Below are positions 62,097 through 64,000 of a stretch of DNA of 64,000 nucleotides, piece by piece. Each line of letters opens with the position of its first letter. The first letter of the stretch is position 1. The stretch spans positions 224,001 to 288,000 of the forward strand of contig CAWCKJ010000012.1 in the NCBI GenBank assembly GCA_963796105.1, given 5' to 3'. Origin of the DNA: a candidate division FCPU426 bacterium. GTDB lineage: Bacteria > Oederibacteriota > Muellerivitia > Muellerivitales > Muellerivitaceae. A program made the translations under genes and the position numbers. The notes under the pieces were generated by a model. The model did no database searches and had not been told where the DNA came from. It saw nothing but the letters and a program-made list of their open reading frames with translations.

Positions 62097-62747
62097 TTAG
62101 ACGGGTTTGCGATGTTGGTCAACCCAATAACCCCAAGCCACCAGCAACCATTGGGCCATTCCGATCCAAGGAATGACCGCTAGATTGGCAGGCGGGTGGG
62201 ATAAAATACTGCCCAAATACATAATCACGAGGAAGGCCACCATGGCCCAAAGGCCCGCGTTTCCGACCTTGTCCAGGGCCTTGGTTGAAAGAAGATAAAT
62301 TTCCAAGCCTACAATGAGCAGGGATATTTCAAGCGCGATGGCCCAAAATGGATAATTCCAAAGCTCCCATCCCCACCGGGGCCCGCCTTGAAGGAACACC
62401 GGCAAATCCTGCTTATGCACAAAAAGATCCAAGACCCAGTGGCTAACTACCAACCCCGCTAATATCCAGGAAAGTTTCGAGTTGTTTCGGAGGGCCAGGT
62501 AAAGCAGGCCCCAGCCCGCGGCCCATACCAAGGCCATCAACAAGCTGTGGCTCAGGGGATAATCATAAAATTCAAAGGGTGACAACTTGGTGTAGTTGGG
62601 GGTAATCCGGAAATGCTCGAGATCCAGCAAGAGGTAAAAAGGGAAAAGAAGGTCCAGCCAAACGGCCGCAGCGAATAAGGTCCCCAAGGATGTTTTGGGG
62701 GCGATTTTTTTGGCCGCAAACCCGACGGCATAATGGCCTATGAACAT
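62097..62747 (-). CDS. Membrane-bound metal-dependent hydrolase-like protein
   Basis: MFIGH, DLL, YPLSHSLL and SHWVLDLFVH. Confidence 0.8.
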   Translation of the reverse strand: MFIGHYAVGFAAKKIAPKTSLGTLFAAAVWLDLLFPFYLLLDLEHFRITPNYTKLSPFEFYDYPLSHSLLMALVWAAGWGLLYLALRNNSKLSWILAGLVVSHWVLDLFVHKQDLPVFLQGGPRWGWELWNYPFWAIALEISLLIVGLEIYLLSTKALDKVGNAGLWAMVAFLVIMYLGSILSHPPANLAVIPWIGMAQWLLVAWGYWVDQHRKPV

Positions 62748-62887
62748 GTCAAACCTCCTGAAGATGATCCTATGAAAACTTGAAGATTGCCGGTTCACTT
62801 CCGGCGTTTCACAACACTATAAACGGGCCCCGGCGTTACGAAAAGCCAAAAAACACCGCCTAGCCCCAAGCGTTCGTCCCCAAGAAG

Positions 62888-63920
62888 CTACCTCCGCGTC
62901 AGAGAAACGATCAAAGCCGCCAATCCCACCACTAGCGCCCCCGCTGGAAGCCACTTGGAACTCAAGGCTTGGTCCAAGGGGCTGGCTCCCTGGTTTGAGT
63001 TGGCTGATTCCATCTTGGAGAATCTCCTGTTTCAAAACACTCACATCCTAAACGTTATCCCTGAGGTCCTTATGAAGGATGCTTAAATCCTGCTCCAATT
63101 CCGTGTCCGTGATGTTTTTCTTCTCGGCTTTTTGGGCCACCTCATCCAAGCGGTCCTCGGTTTTCTTTAGGTTTTCCTGGACCTCGTCGATGAGTTTCTT
63201 GACCAGTTTCAATTCCTCCTGGTTGTCCGCGTTGGTTCCTTTGATTTCATCCTGGCTTTTCCGGATGTCGTCCTGGTTTTTTTGGACAAGGTCGTATTTC
63301 TTGTCAATGTCAGCCTGGTAATCATCGGTTTTTTTCTCCAGGTCCTTGATGGTTTTTTTCATCCCATTGAACTCTTCCAGACTAGGCGCGGGAATGGGAG
63401 TGGCTGTCGCGGTGGGTTTCGGCGCTGGGGTCTTTGTTGGTTCCGCGGGGGCGGTGGAGGGTTTCGCCTCTTCGCCGGCCGAGAGGGCCGCGATCATTTT
63501 TTTAACCCGGTTTTCGAACTTCCAGGATGAGATTTTCCTGGCGCGGATGTCTTCGGTCTTTTCCTTGATCAGCTTCAGGATCACATCCAGGTCGCTCGTT
63601 TGATATTGGGTGTTCCCCGGCTTGAGGCTTTTCAAGTCCAATTGGGATAAGGTCGCGTCGATGGCAACCAACGCGTCGGTGATGTCATCTTCCGCGAGGC
63701 TCTTGGCGGATAGGTAGAAATCCTTTTTATCGCCCAAATACCCGGCCTGGGCTAGTTGTTTTACCTCCTGGATTTCCTCGTCAGAGGCCGAATCTGAATC
63801 ATCTTGGGCCAGGGCCAATTGGATCATTCGGGGGGTGAAAACCAGTAGGAGGACGAGTAAATAGGAAACGGTTCTTTTAAGGATAAATTTCAAGAAAGAT
63901 CCTTTCGAACATAATTTCAC
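62888..63920 (-). pseudogene. Secreted coiled-coil protein with a C-terminal membrane anchor, disrupted by a stop and a frameshift
   Basis: In-frame TAG at 63048-63050 (DNV*DVSVLKQEI), then a one-base shift near 63020 gives SKMESANS...WLPAGALVVGLAALIVSLTRR*. Confidence 0.6.
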
Positions 63921-64000
63921 ATGTTATCCGGTGACTTTGGGTTTACCAGTCTGACCGGAAACCTCGGGGTTTTCATCAGATCTTGGGGCGATATGTTTTT

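Noticed and set aside
63048..63050. Amber recoding (pyrrolysine or alternative genetic code)
   Set aside because: Other genes here end at TAG normally (e.g. pfp, ppdK), no pyl genes are present, and a frameshift is also needed.

Overview
Bacterial chromosome window, probably from an uncultured anaerobic diderm lineage (LolA, GTP-PEPCK, PPi-PFK, PPDK and giant Thr/Pro-rich secreted proteins; resemblance to FCPU426/Goldbacteria-like taxa is inference only). The left ~12.9 kb is an accessory, defence-like island. It holds a partial Panacea/DUF4065 gene, vapBC, a 138-bp MITE, three cargo genes each followed by a copy of the 5' end of one small gene, and a type I R-M system (EcoAI/EcoEI-like). The hsdS gene is split by an IS1595-family element with an 8-bp target duplication, and the hsdR-hsdM gap holds three consecutive repeat arrays sharing a 21/22-bp period. 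A palindromic IS200/IS605-end/REP-like element closes the island. Next come a tandem kinase-like gene with pckG, rpsF-ssb-rpsR-DUF2232-rplI, pfp, a GT-C-like membrane protein, fbaB, a 2506-aa GH8/DUF11/Thr-Pro linker/NHL protein, a 980-aa beta-helix/LEAPP-repeat protein, glyQ-glyS-ppdK, csp, rrf2-sufBCDSU-sufT, gntK, recO, yajQ, rodZ, lolA, ftsK, an AEC transporter, uidA and a doubly disrupted gene at the right end. No rRNA, tRNA or CRISPR array was seen. All family calls come from motif recognition by eye; no searches were run.
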